A stretch of DNA of 64,000 nucleotides from positions 101-64,100 of the forward strand of contig CAZEGD010000003.1 in NCBI GenBank assembly GCA_964512235.1, in the 5' to 3' direction. A program made the translations under genes and the position numbers. This document shows positions 33,678 to 42,561 of this stretch, piece after piece. How positions within the stretch are numbered: the first letter of the stretch is position 1; the number at the start of each line of letters is the position of its first letter. The notes beneath the pieces were generated by a model, which saw nothing but the letters and a program-made list of their open reading frames with translations, made no database searches and was not told where the DNA came from. The stretch is from an uncultured archaeon (lineage in GTDB: Archaea; Aenigmatarchaeota; Aenigmatarchaeia; CG10238-14; SCSR01).

Positions 33678-34346
33678 ATGCCTAAGATAAGTTTTGAGAA
33701 GCAGCATAGTGAGCTAGTAAATCACTTGAAAGCAATGGGTTATGCAAAATCCAAAGCCATAGAGAGAGCTATGCTTAAAGTAAAGCGTGAGCAGTTTGTA
33801 TGGGTTACATACAAAGACGATGCGTATTCCGACACACCGCTACCGATACCGGGAGAAGTAACAATAAGCGCACCGCATATGCATGCCATTTTCATGTCTG
33901 CATTGAAGCTGAAGGCAGGCGATAAAGTTTTAGAAATTGGTGCTGGTAGTGGCATATTGCTGGCATATATGAAAGAAGTCGTTGGCAGTAAGGGAAAAGT
34001 ATACGGTGTGGAAATAATAAAAGAAACGTACGAATTTGCAAGGAAGAATCTGCAGAAAGCCGGCTATGGTAGAAAAGTTAAGCTCGTTCTTGGCGACGGT
34101 TCTAAAGGACTCCCTAAGTATACACCTTATGACAAAATAGTTTCCGGGGCTTCTGCTCCGAAGATACCCAAACCATGGATAGACCAACTAAATCCGGGTG
34201 GCATAATAGTCACGCCCGTCGGTCCCACGTACGGCAGCCAGGATTTAATCTATCTGGAAAAGACAAAGAAAGGGAAGATTATTAGGAAGAACTTAGGCGG
34301 TGTGATTTTCGTTCCCCTAGTTGGACAGTTCGGTTATGATTTTTAG
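33678..34346 (+). CDS. pcm: Protein-L-isoaspartate O-methyltransferase
   Basis: TISAPHMHA and VLEIGAGSGILLAYM (SAM motif I), with a ...GGVIFVPLVG C-terminus. ATG at 33678 (listed TTG at 33675). Confidence 0.88.
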   Translation: MPKISFEKQHSELVNHLKAMGYAKSKAIERAMLKVKREQFVWVTYKDDAYSDTPLPIPGEVTISAPHMHAIFMSALKLKAGDKVLEIGAGSGILLAYMKEVVGSKGKVYGVEIIKETYEFARKNLQKAGYGRKVKLVLGDGSKGLPKYTPYDKIVSGASAPKIPKPWIDQLNPGGIIVTPVGPTYGSQDLIYLEKTKKGKIIRKNLGGVIFVPLVGQFGYDF

Positions 34347-34492
34347 CTCTCAAAGATAGATAATTACTATGGACATCTTATCTGAGAATATAGTTCTGTT
34401 TTTCGGCTTATTCTTTACTATGACTGTTGGCATATTCTTATTTTTTTATTTGTGGCACAAGTCTACAGACTAGAAGATGGAAGCGCTACGAT

Positions 34493-34918
34493 TTAATCGC
34501 ATACCTTTTTCAAGTCGTTGTTAATAACTGTTGGTTTCATAGATTGTATCTCGTCGAGATATGGAGATTCTTCTGGAGACGGGTTTAGCAGAAATATCTT
34601 CTTGTTATGCTCGAATGCGATAGCCATCTCCAAGAACGTATTACCGCCAATGTAATTTTCCTTGCCGTTTTTGTCGTAGTTCAGAACCAGTATGGTATCA
34701 GAAGATTTTATCTTTTCAAAATGGTCACGTATCCTACGCTCTTTTTCATTCACAAAACTCTCAAAGTCTACCTTCTTTTTATTCTGCCAAAATTCCTTAG
34801 TCTGTCCCATCTCAGCAGATAATGGGAGAAGAGCTTCATGCCCCATATTTTCTAACTTCTCTTTCACGTCATTCATTTCATTTATGAAGGTGAGGCTTCC
34901 GCATAGAGTTATTTTCAT
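34493..34918 (-). CDS. Nucleoside 2-deoxyribosyltransferase-like / DUF4406-like small protein (141 aa)
   Basis: The listed ORF extends into tRNA-Trp, so I trimmed it to the ATG at 34918 (MKITLCGSLTFINEM...). It shows a Rossmann-like MKIxxxGSxxF start. Assignment tentative. Confidence 0.5.
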   Translation of the reverse strand: MKITLCGSLTFINEMNDVKEKLENMGHEALLPLSAEMGQTKEFWQNKKKVDFESFVNEKERRIRDHFEKIKSSDTILVLNYDKNGKENYIGGNTFLEMAIAFEHNKKIFLLNPSPEESPYLDEIQSMKPTVINNDLKKVCD

Positions 34919-34932
34919 AACATCACTTGAAA

Positions 34933-35050
34933 TGGGGTCGGAGGGATTTGAACCCCCACTAGCCGGTATCACCCTATCATCTTGGAATCAACGCTCCAAT
35001 TACATATAAGTCTGGAGCCGGATGTCCTAGCCAGGTTAGACTACGACCCC
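34933..35050 (-). tRNA. tRNA-Trp(CCA) with 44-nt intron after position 37
   Basis: Exon 1 is GGGGTCG TA GTCT AACCTGGCTA GGAC A TCCGG CTCCAG. The intron is at 35011..34968. Exon 2 is A CCGGC TAGT GGGGG TTCAAAT CCCTC CGACCCC A. The 118-nt gene gives a 74-nt mature tRNA. Confidence 0.85.
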
Positions 35051-35138
35051 TCAGCTAAAAATTGTTTGTTTTCAGCCTTTTATAACTTTAGCGTTTATTA
35101 ACTTTGTTTGACGTTAATAATTTATTGACGGTGGAAGC

Positions 35139-35891
35139 ATGAAAGTGAAGGCAAAACGCTTCTGGGAGATAGATGCGTTAAGAGGCATAGCAATAATCAT
35201 GATGATCATTTTCCACATAATATTTGACTTGAACTATTTCGGCATTTACAGATTTGATGTCTCTTCCAGTTTTTGGTTTATTTTTGCTCGTTTGACAGCT
35301 TCGATTTTCATCTTCCTCGTCGGCGTCTCACTCACTATAAGCTACGCTAGAACTACAAAGCAAGAGAAGTACAAAGGCAAGCATGCATTGTTTGGAAAAT
35401 ATTTGAAGCGAGGTCTGAAAATATTCTGTCTGGGTTTGGTAATAACATTTGCGACTTGGATTTCTATTGGATATGGCTTCATTGTCTTTGGTATTCTTCA
35501 TTTCATTGGACTTTCAATAGTCTTAGCCTACCCATTTTTGAAATCCCGTTTTTGGGATTTCTACCTTCCGCTCGGAGCATTTTTAATTATCGCTGGACTT
35601 CTGCTAAGGACACTCACTTTCAGCTCACCTTGGTTGATGTGGCTTGGATTTACACCAACAAACTTTTACACGTTCGATTACTTCCCACTTCTACCATGGT
35701 TCGGTATTGTTTTAATCGGTCTCTATTTCGGTAATTTATTGTATCCAAACGGACTACAACGATTTAAAGTCAAAGACCTTTCTAAGCTCCCACTCGTAAA
35801 AACACTTTCATTCCTTGGTAGACATTCGTTGGTTATTTATTTCCTGCATCAGCCGATAGTGATTGCATTGCTATATCTCTTTGTTTTGTAG
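35139..35891 (+). CDS. DUF1624 / heparan-alpha-glucosaminide N-acetyltransferase-like membrane acyltransferase
   Basis: RFWEIDALRGIAIIMMIIFH N-terminal signature and about 8 TM helices. Confidence 0.7.
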   Translation: MKVKAKRFWEIDALRGIAIIMMIIFHIIFDLNYFGIYRFDVSSSFWFIFARLTASIFIFLVGVSLTISYARTTKQEKYKGKHALFGKYLKRGLKIFCLGLVITFATWISIGYGFIVFGILHFIGLSIVLAYPFLKSRFWDFYLPLGAFLIIAGLLLRTLTFSSPWLMWLGFTPTNFYTFDYFPLLPWFGIVLIGLYFGNLLYPNGLQRFKVKDLSKLPLVKTLSFLGRHSLVIYFLHQPIVIALLYLFVL

Positions 35892-35899
35892 AAAATTAA

Positions 35900-35971
35900 A
35901 GCCTCAGGCGAGACTTGAACTCGCGACCTACTGCTTACAAGGCAGTTGCTCTACCACTGAGCTACTGAGGC
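35900..35971 (-). tRNA. tRNA-Thr(UGU)
   Basis: GCCTCAG TA GCTC AGTGGTA GAGC A ACTGC CTTGTAA GCAGT AGGTC GCGAG TTCAAGT CTCGC CTGAGGC T. Length 72 nt. Confidence 0.9.
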
Positions 35972-36023
35972 ACCATTGCAATAATTAAATACCTTTTACT
36001 TAATAAACTTAAAAGTGTTTATC

Positions 36024-36935
36024 ATGAAGTCACAGGTCCCAAAAGAAGCAAGAGAGAGATTTACAAATGCAGGCTACAGGATAGTAGGTACGCACTCAGC
36101 AGTGGAAATATGCCACTGGACGAGAGAGAGCTTGCGCAAGAATAGAGTCTGCTACAAAGAAAAATGGTACGGTATAGAGTCACACCGTTGTTTGGAGATG
36201 ACACCTGCTGTTGTTTGGTGTACCCATAAGTGCAAGTTCTGCTGGAGGCCATTACAATTTACTATAAATGGCGAACCCAAACCAGATGATCCTAAAGCAA
36301 TAATCGACGGATGCATAGAAGCAAGGAAGAAGTTGCTTAGTGGGTTTGGTGGTAGAGAGGGAATTGACAAGAAAAGACTGAAAGAATCATTTGTACCGAC
36401 AAGCGCAGCCATAAGCCTGGCAGGCGAACCTACACTCTACCCAAGAATAGCAGAACTTATAGAAGAATTCCACAGAAGAAGGATGCAATCCTTTCTAGTC
36501 ACCAACGGCACTAGACCGGACAGGCTGCAGAGCTTGACTAAGGAACCTACAAATCTCTACATCAGCCTCTGCGCACCAGACAAGGAGACATATCTGAAAG
36601 TGAACAGGCCACTGATTGCAGATGGTTGGGATAAGCTGAATGAAAGCCTCCAACTTATGAAGAGCTTCAATTGCAGGAAAGTACTTAGGCTGACTCTTGT
36701 GAACGGGTTGAACTTTTTCAAACCGGAAAAATATGCAAAGCTAATCTCAAAGACAGAGCCAGACTTCATAGAAGCCAAGAGCTACTCTTGGGTCGGAGAG
36801 TCTAGGCAGAGATTGCCCGGTACTGCAGTGATTTCCGTAGAGGAATTGAAAGAATTTGCGCAAAAATTAGCTGAAAATACAAATTATAAGATAAAAGATG
36901 TGGATAATGCAAGTAGGGTAGTCTTATTGGAGTGA
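36024..36935 (+). CDS. taw1: tRNA 4-demethylwyosine synthase Taw1 (radical SAM, TYW1 homolog)
   Basis: HSAVEICHWTRESL...RVCYKEKWYGIESHRC...WCTHKCKFCWRP cluster pattern typical of Taw1/TYW1. ATG at 36024 (listed GTG at 36015). Confidence 0.85.
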   Translation: MKSQVPKEARERFTNAGYRIVGTHSAVEICHWTRESLRKNRVCYKEKWYGIESHRCLEMTPAVVWCTHKCKFCWRPLQFTINGEPKPDDPKAIIDGCIEARKKLLSGFGGREGIDKKRLKESFVPTSAAISLAGEPTLYPRIAELIEEFHRRRMQSFLVTNGTRPDRLQSLTKEPTNLYISLCAPDKETYLKVNRPLIADGWDKLNESLQLMKSFNCRKVLRLTLVNGLNFFKPEKYAKLISKTEPDFIEAKSYSWVGESRQRLPGTAVISVEELKEFAQKLAENTNYKIKDVDNASRVVLLE

Positions 36936-37630
36936 ATAATATGGGAATGAAAAAGAAGTTCTGTCCAAAGTGCGGCCGCGAGGCAGACAAGATTTTTGAC
37001 GGAATGTGCGTAGACTGCCTTTTCGAGAAAAAACGTACAATCAAAATCCCGTCAAAGATTATTGTCAAAAAGTGCAAGCGCTGTGGCAAATATTTTCTGG
37101 GCAAAATCAAGAGCGAAAGAATAGAAGATATAGTCGATCCAGAGATAAAAAAGATATTAAACTCAGCAAAGCTTGCGGAAAGCGGGATAAAGTATATGAA
37201 CTATAGGGTAGCCGATGGTAAAGTGCATTTGAGCTTGAAATTCGACTTCAATGGCATTCAAAAGTCTGAAGAGCATGAGATTGAGATTGAAGAGAAGATG
37301 AAGACATGTCAATATTGTGCAATGTCCGGCACAAGATACTACAATGCAATCCTGCAGATAAGGGCACCAGAAGAAATTATTGATGAAGCATTGAAAGAAG
37401 TGATAAAGAGAGTTGCTGAAATGAAGTCGGACAATCTGGCATTCATTTCCGATATCAAGAAGCAGAGAAGCGGAGTAGACGTATACATCGGTTCAAAGGC
37501 CGCGGCAAGGAAGGCAGCAAGGGCACTCAAATCCAGATTTAATGCAAGGCTCAAAGTTACGAGAGAGATGGGTGGAAAAAAAATGGGAAAGCAAGTTTAT
37601 AGAGATACGATATTAATTCTTATTGAGTAG
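36932..37630 (+). CDS. NMD3-family protein (archaeal 60S-export-factor homolog)
   Basis: CPKCG...CVDC...CKRCGKY...CQYC four-pair Zn-cluster N-domain followed by YNAILQIRA, as in NMD3. The start overlaps the taw1 stop. Confidence 0.75.
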   Translation: MNNMGMKKKFCPKCGREADKIFDGMCVDCLFEKKRTIKIPSKIIVKKCKRCGKYFLGKIKSERIEDIVDPEIKKILNSAKLAESGIKYMNYRVADGKVHLSLKFDFNGIQKSEEHEIEIEEKMKTCQYCAMSGTRYYNAILQIRAPEEIIDEALKEVIKRVAEMKSDNLAFISDIKKQRSGVDVYIGSKAAARKAARALKSRFNARLKVTREMGGKKMGKQVYRDTILILIE

Positions 37631-37649
37631 AGATATCATAGGTGATTGA

Positions 37650-37976
37650 TTGGCAAAGAAAAAAGAAGAGATGTCACGAGAGCAGATGGAAGTAGCGAGA
37701 ATAAGAATGCCCAGAAGAGGAGAAGTGCTTGGTGTAGTGGAGCAGATGCTGGGAGCGGACAGACTGCGCGTACGCTGCAAAGACGGACACACTCGTATTT
37801 GTAGGATACCAGGCAGGCTCAGAAAGAGGGTATGGATGCGCCCTGAAGATTTAGTACTTGTAAAACCGTGGATTGTGCAGACAGATGTGCGCGGTGACAT
37901 ATCCTTCAGATACACTAGGACACAGGCAAACTGGCTCAAGAGAAAGGGCTATGTGGATCCCGAGTTGGGATTCTAA
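37650..37976 (+). CDS. eif1a: Translation initiation factor aIF-1A
   Basis: RIRMPRRGEVLGVVEQMLGADRLRVRCKDGHTRICRIPGRLRKRVWMRPEDLVLVKPW is the canonical S1/OB aIF1A sequence. The alternative ATG is at 37671. Confidence 0.88.
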   Translation: MAKKKEEMSREQMEVARIRMPRRGEVLGVVEQMLGADRLRVRCKDGHTRICRIPGRLRKRVWMRPEDLVLVKPWIVQTDVRGDISFRYTRTQANWLKRKGYVDPELGF

Positions 37977-38028
37977 TCTTAAATTTTTACATTTCAACTC
38001 CCAAATCTATAATAGTTGGAGTCTATCT

Positions 38029-38529
38029 ATGATTGATTTCGTTTCAATCCCACACGAACGGATAAAGAAGTTTGACGAGCTGAAAAGGAAGTTGGAAGAG
38101 CTCATTGGTACAAAGATAGAAGTGAGCAGGAGCGAGGAGAATGCTGTAAGAATTGAAGATGATGATAGCTTGAAAGTTATGTCCTGCTCTAGGGTGGTGC
38201 ATGCGTTCGGCCGTGGATTCGATGTTGATGCAGCACTGAATCTACTGGACGATGAATACAATCTGGATATAATCGCCATACAGGAATATGCAGGCAAGTC
38301 CAAGCAAAGATTAATCACTCTAAGAGGCAGACTGATAGGCACTAAAGGAAAAACCAAAGATATGATTGAAAATACTGCTAGTGTTAAGTTGTCTATATAC
38401 GGAAAGACTGTCGCGATAATAGGAAAGTGGGACAGAGTGTCAGTAGCAAGGCAGGCAGTGGAAATGATTTTAAGAGGGAGCAAGCACAACAGTGTGTATA
38501 GATTTTTGGAAGAACAAAAAATTACATAG
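38029..38529 (+). CDS. KH-domain RNA-binding protein (Pno1/Dim2-like)
   Basis: I trimmed the listed ORF (37873), which overlaps aIF-1A, to the ATG at 38029 (MIDFVSIPHERI...). The GRLIGTKGKTKDMIE GxxG KH motif sits in the second half. Confidence 0.75.
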   Translation: MIDFVSIPHERIKKFDELKRKLEELIGTKIEVSRSEENAVRIEDDDSLKVMSCSRVVHAFGRGFDVDAALNLLDDEYNLDIIAIQEYAGKSKQRLITLRGRLIGTKGKTKDMIENTASVKLSIYGKTVAIIGKWDRVSVARQAVEMILRGSKHNSVYRFLEEQKIT

Positions 38530-40146
38530 GTGAGAAGGTTGGCAGTCGAGCAAAGAATAGCTAAGCAGATGGCAAAGGATATGAAAGCCATAAGCATAGC
38601 CGAATTTTTCGAGAAGAACAGGCACTTGCTCGGCTATGAGAATTCGACAAAGGCTTTAATCACTGTTGTGAAGGAAGCCATGGACAACAGCTTGGATGCG
38701 TGTAATGAGGCAGGCATACTGCCGGATATTTATGTGACTCTGAAGCAGGTTGGCATAGACAGGTTCAAGCTCATTGTTGAAGACAACGGGCCGGGGATAG
38801 TCGAATCCAAGATACCATACGCGTTCGGCAAGCTACTCTTCGGCTCCAAATTCCACAGGCTCAGGCAGTCAAGAGGCACGCAAGGCATAGGCATCACTGG
38901 TGCCATTCTCTACTCCCAACTTACGACAGGAAAATCTGCATTGATAACATCCAGCACGGGTGACAAGAAGCTACACACCGTCAAGCTGATGATAGACACT
39001 GTGCATAACGAGCCACACATAATGTCGCGCGATGTCAAGTCAAACAAAGACAGCTGGCATGGCATAAAGATAGAGCTAGAGCTTGAAGGCAAATACGTTG
39101 AGCGCTTCCAGTCCATACCAGAATATCTGAAGCAGACTGCAATCGCTAATCCTTATGCACGCATAGTATACAACGGCCCGAACGGTGTAGAGAAGTTCGA
39201 CCGATCTACAGAAGTAATGCCAAAGCAGCCAAAAGAAATCAAGCCACATCCGTACGGCATAGAACTTGGAATATTAAGGCGAATGGCTAGGTTCACACGA
39301 TCCAGGAACACCACAGGTTTTATTACGAACGACTTCAGCCGAGTTGGTAAGCGGTCTGCCACGCAGATATTGAGACTTGCAAAGATAGACCCTAGGAAAA
39401 ATCCGAAGAATCTTGAAGCAGGCGAGATTGACAGGTTGCATAAGGCGATGCAAATGGTCAAGCTCATTTCACCGCCAACAAACTGTCTATCCCCACTCAC
39501 CAACCAGCTGATTGAAGATGGTCTGAAAAAGGAAGTGGATGCAGAATTCTACGTATCAGTCACCCGACCGCCTACTGTATATAGAGGAAACCCGTTCCAA
39601 GTTGAAGTGGGTATAGCATATGGCGGCAGCCTCAATCCAGCTACATCATGCAATATCTATCGTTTTGCAAACAAAGTACCGTTGCTTTACCATCAAAGCA
39701 GTTGCGCAATCACGGAATCTGTTACAGAAGTGGACTGGAGGCGATACGGTCTGCAGCAGAGCACAGGCAACATACCCAACGGTCCTGCAGTGATACTTGT
39801 GCACTTTGCATCGGTCTGGGTGCCATTCACATCAGAAGGCAAGGAGGCAATAGCAAAGTACCCGAAAATAATCAAAGAAGTTAAGCTTGCCTTGCAGGAT
39901 GCAGGCAGAAAGATGGCAAAATTTGTCAGGCAGAAAAAACACGCTAAGAGACTGCAGCAGCGCAGGCAAATGTTCGAGAGGTACATACCAGAGCTTGCGT
40001 CTGCATTGAACTCATTAACAAAGGAAGACAAAAATAAGATAATTAAAGGTTTGGAGAGGATATTGAAGAAAAACAATAAGGAAAATGGTATTGAAGAGGT
40101 AAAAGGTGAGAAGGTTGAAGAAGGAAAAGACGACGGAAAAGCTTGA
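38530..40146 (+). CDS. top6B: DNA topoisomerase VI subunit B
   Basis: ISIAEFFEKNRHLLGY, the ...EAMDNSLDA Bergerat-fold N-box, DNGPGI and GTQGIG. GTG start at 38530 in the context AGGTGAGAAGGTTG, with an alternative ATG at 38569. Confidence 0.93.
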   Translation: MRRLAVEQRIAKQMAKDMKAISIAEFFEKNRHLLGYENSTKALITVVKEAMDNSLDACNEAGILPDIYVTLKQVGIDRFKLIVEDNGPGIVESKIPYAFGKLLFGSKFHRLRQSRGTQGIGITGAILYSQLTTGKSALITSSTGDKKLHTVKLMIDTVHNEPHIMSRDVKSNKDSWHGIKIELELEGKYVERFQSIPEYLKQTAIANPYARIVYNGPNGVEKFDRSTEVMPKQPKEIKPHPYGIELGILRRMARFTRSRNTTGFITNDFSRVGKRSATQILRLAKIDPRKNPKNLEAGEIDRLHKAMQMVKLISPPTNCLSPLTNQLIEDGLKKEVDAEFYVSVTRPPTVYRGNPFQVEVGIAYGGSLNPATSCNIYRFANKVPLLYHQSSCAITESVTEVDWRRYGLQQSTGNIPNGPAVILVHFASVWVPFTSEGKEAIAKYPKIIKEVKLALQDAGRKMAKFVRQKKHAKRLQQRRQMFERYIPELASALNSLTKEDKNKIIKGLERILKKNNKENGIEEVKGEKVEEGKDDGKA

Positions 40147-41194
40147 AGGTTTGGGCAAGGATGTCTTGAAAGACATAGAAAAGAAGCAAAACCCGAGCAT
40201 AAAGATACCAATACGGTCTTTGTCCAATGTCATTTATGACAAAAATACCAAATCGCTCAAGCTGGGCAACAAAGTATCCAAGCGATTCCTCTTCAATGTT
40301 GCTCATGCCAAGAAATTCACGCAGACTATGATGGTCGCAGCATTTTGCAACCAGCTGCTTAAAGAGAAGATACATACAAGCCTGAGGGACATGTTCTACA
40401 ACCTCAAGCGGACATTCCCGAATTCCAATGAAAATACTTTTGATGAGCAGAGTGAGAGCGATCCTATAGTAGTTGATCTGGAGGTTGCACTTGACATACT
40501 GCGAGAACATCTGCACTTGAATGCGGACATACGCGGCCGGGTGGTTGGCCAGGCAAAAGTTGTTGACAGGGGTGATGTGGTAGACTGGTCCAAACTTGGC
40601 AGCGGTGGATGGGCCATACCGTCAAACGTTGAAGACATAAAATTGAAGCGGGTATCTGCAAAGTTCATCCTTGTCATAGAGAAGAACGCAGCATTCGAGA
40701 GATTGCATGAGGACAAGTTCTGGCAGAAGCACAAATGCATACTCATCACGACGCAAGGCCAGGCTGCTAGAGGGTGCAGAAGGTTGATACAGAGATTGGT
40801 GGATGAGTACAAACTGCCCGTGTACGTATTTTGCGATAGCGATCCCTACGGATGGTACATTTATTCCGTCATTAAGTACGGCTCCATGAGCTTGGCGCAT
40901 GTATCAGAGAGGCTCGGCACACCGAATGCAAAATACATAGGGTTGACTATGACAGACATAGAGAAGTTCAAGCTGCAGAAATTCACGATCAAAGCAAGGG
41001 ACGTAGACATAAAGCGCGCTAAAGATATGCTGAAGTATGAATGGTTCCAGCACCCTGCATGGCAGAAAGAATTAAAGCTTTTGATAAAAGACAAGAGAAA
41101 GGCAGAGCTGGAAGCATTGTCTGGTCGAGGATTGAAGTTCATGACTGAGGAGTATCTGCCGAAGAAGATAAAAAACAAAGATTTCCTACCTTAG
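40106..41194 (+). CDS. top6A: DNA topoisomerase VI subunit A (Spo11 family)
   Basis: FILVIEKNAAFERL, YVFCDSDPYGWYIY (Toprim DxD) and a LRDMFY catalytic-Tyr region. GTG start in the same AGGTGAGAAGGTTG context, overlapping top6B by 41 nt. Confidence 0.93.
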   Translation: MRRLKKEKTTEKLEGLGKDVLKDIEKKQNPSIKIPIRSLSNVIYDKNTKSLKLGNKVSKRFLFNVAHAKKFTQTMMVAAFCNQLLKEKIHTSLRDMFYNLKRTFPNSNENTFDEQSESDPIVVDLEVALDILREHLHLNADIRGRVVGQAKVVDRGDVVDWSKLGSGGWAIPSNVEDIKLKRVSAKFILVIEKNAAFERLHEDKFWQKHKCILITTQGQAARGCRRLIQRLVDEYKLPVYVFCDSDPYGWYIYSVIKYGSMSLAHVSERLGTPNAKYIGLTMTDIEKFKLQKFTIKARDVDIKRAKDMLKYEWFQHPAWQKELKLLIKDKRKAELEALSGRGLKFMTEEYLPKKIKNKDFLP

Positions 41195-41238
41195 TTAAAC
41201 GCTATAACCTTTAAAATTGTAGTTTCCTTATCCTATTT

Positions 41239-41928
41239 ATGAAAAATGAAGTGTTTGCCATAGTACCGGCATACAACGAAGAAGAAAGCATAGTAGAAGT
41301 CATTAGCCGTATCAAAAAAATTGGTATTACACCAGTTGTGGTGGACGATCATTCTACTGATAGAACTGCAGATATTGCAAAATCCAACGGCGTAGCTATC
41401 GTAAGGCAAAAAAGAAACATGGGTAAGGGGCATGCCATGAGAGCTGGCCTGGACTATGTTATAAAGAATTATCCAGAAGCCAAGATTATAGTTTTTATCG
41501 ATGCCGACATGCAATACAAACCAGAGAGTATGGTGAAAATGATTGAGATGTTGCGAGCGGATAAAGCAGACTTTGTGACAGGCTACAGGGATTTGTCTAC
41601 AATACCATTTAGGCATAAGCTGGGTAATTTTGTGTGGCGTTCAACATTCAATACTTTATTTGGCACTAAGTTCAGGGACACAAACTGTGGATTGATTGCA
41701 TTGCAAAGAGATGCAATAGAAAAAATAAAGGGCAGTCTCACGGGCGGGTATATAATAGAGAATAGCATGTTCATTGAAGCGCTAAAGAACAATTTAAGAA
41801 TAAAACAGGTTCCTGTACCCGTGGTCTACAATAGAGTGAGTAGAATTAAGCGCGGTACTAGGACAGTAGGCGGTGTATTGCTGTTCATATTGAAAGAAGG
41901 GATAAACTACAGGTTTGGCAGGAGATAA
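41239..41928 (+). CDS. Glycosyltransferase family 2 (dolichyl-phosphate sugar transferase-like)
   Basis: AIVPAYNEEESI, VVDDHSTDRT and FIDADMQ (DxD). Confidence 0.85.
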   Translation: MKNEVFAIVPAYNEEESIVEVISRIKKIGITPVVVDDHSTDRTADIAKSNGVAIVRQKRNMGKGHAMRAGLDYVIKNYPEAKIIVFIDADMQYKPESMVKMIEMLRADKADFVTGYRDLSTIPFRHKLGNFVWRSTFNTLFGTKFRDTNCGLIALQRDAIEKIKGSLTGGYIIENSMFIEALKNNLRIKQVPVPVVYNRVSRIKRGTRTVGGVLLFILKEGINYRFGRR

Positions 41929-41958
41929 TTTTCTATAAAAGGAAGTAACGCCAAAATA

Positions 41959-42357
41959 ATGGCTATGATTTTAAATGAAATCGAAATAATTTTCAAAATA
42001 ATGCTGTGCGCTGCACTCATGTTCATCATAGGCAAGGAGAGGCAGAAGAAGAAAAGGTTTGTCGGACCCAGGACACTGATGTTGATAGGATGTGCAACTA
42101 CGCTCCTTTCAGCTATATCATCCAGTCTTGATATATCCTTCATACTCGGTGGGACAGTGACAGGTGTCGGTTTTCTGGGTGGTGGAGTGATAACAAAAGA
42201 AAATGGAAAGGTCAGCGGCCTTACGACAGCTTCGATGATATGGCTAGCCGCTATAATAGGGATATCCATAGGATTGGAACTCTATTTAACATCAATATTT
42301 GTAACAGTTTTCTCTTTCTTCGTCCTTAGAAACAAGAACATGTTGAGAGCGCTGTAA
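41959..42357 (+). CDS. MgtC/SapB family membrane protein
   Basis: GKERQ...GPRTLMLIG...GVGFLGGGVI...GLTTASMIWLAAIIGISIG matches the MgtC family pattern. Confidence 0.8.
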   Translation: MAMILNEIEIIFKIMLCAALMFIIGKERQKKKRFVGPRTLMLIGCATTLLSAISSSLDISFILGGTVTGVGFLGGGVITKENGKVSGLTTASMIWLAAIIGISIGLELYLTSIFVTVFSFFVLRNKNMLRAL

Positions 42358-42416
42358 AGTTGTGGCACAAAAATCAATAAAGATTTTTAAAATCAAAAAG
42401 TAGATTAAAATGAGAA

Positions 42417-42490
42417 GGGAACGTAGCTCAGCCTGGGAGAGCAATCGGCTGAAGACCGATGTGTCGCGAGTTCAAATCTCGCCGTTCCCA
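42417..42490 (+). tRNA. tRNA-Phe(GAA)
   Basis: GGGAACG TA GCTC AGCCTGGGA GAGC A ATCGG CTGAAGA CCGAT GTGTC GCGAG TTCAAAT CTCGC CGTTCCC A. Length 74 nt. Confidence 0.92.
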
Positions 42491-42561
42491 CTCTCTTTCT
42501 AACAACACATTTATCCAGCCACCGCAAAATAAAATTAGATATTTAAGCATCGTAGTGGAAG

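Noticed and set aside
38007-38597. 196-aa minus-strand ORF
   Set aside because: It is antisense to the KH-domain gene and the top6B start. Its hydrophobic, low-complexity translation is typical of the shadow frame of a K/E-rich gene.
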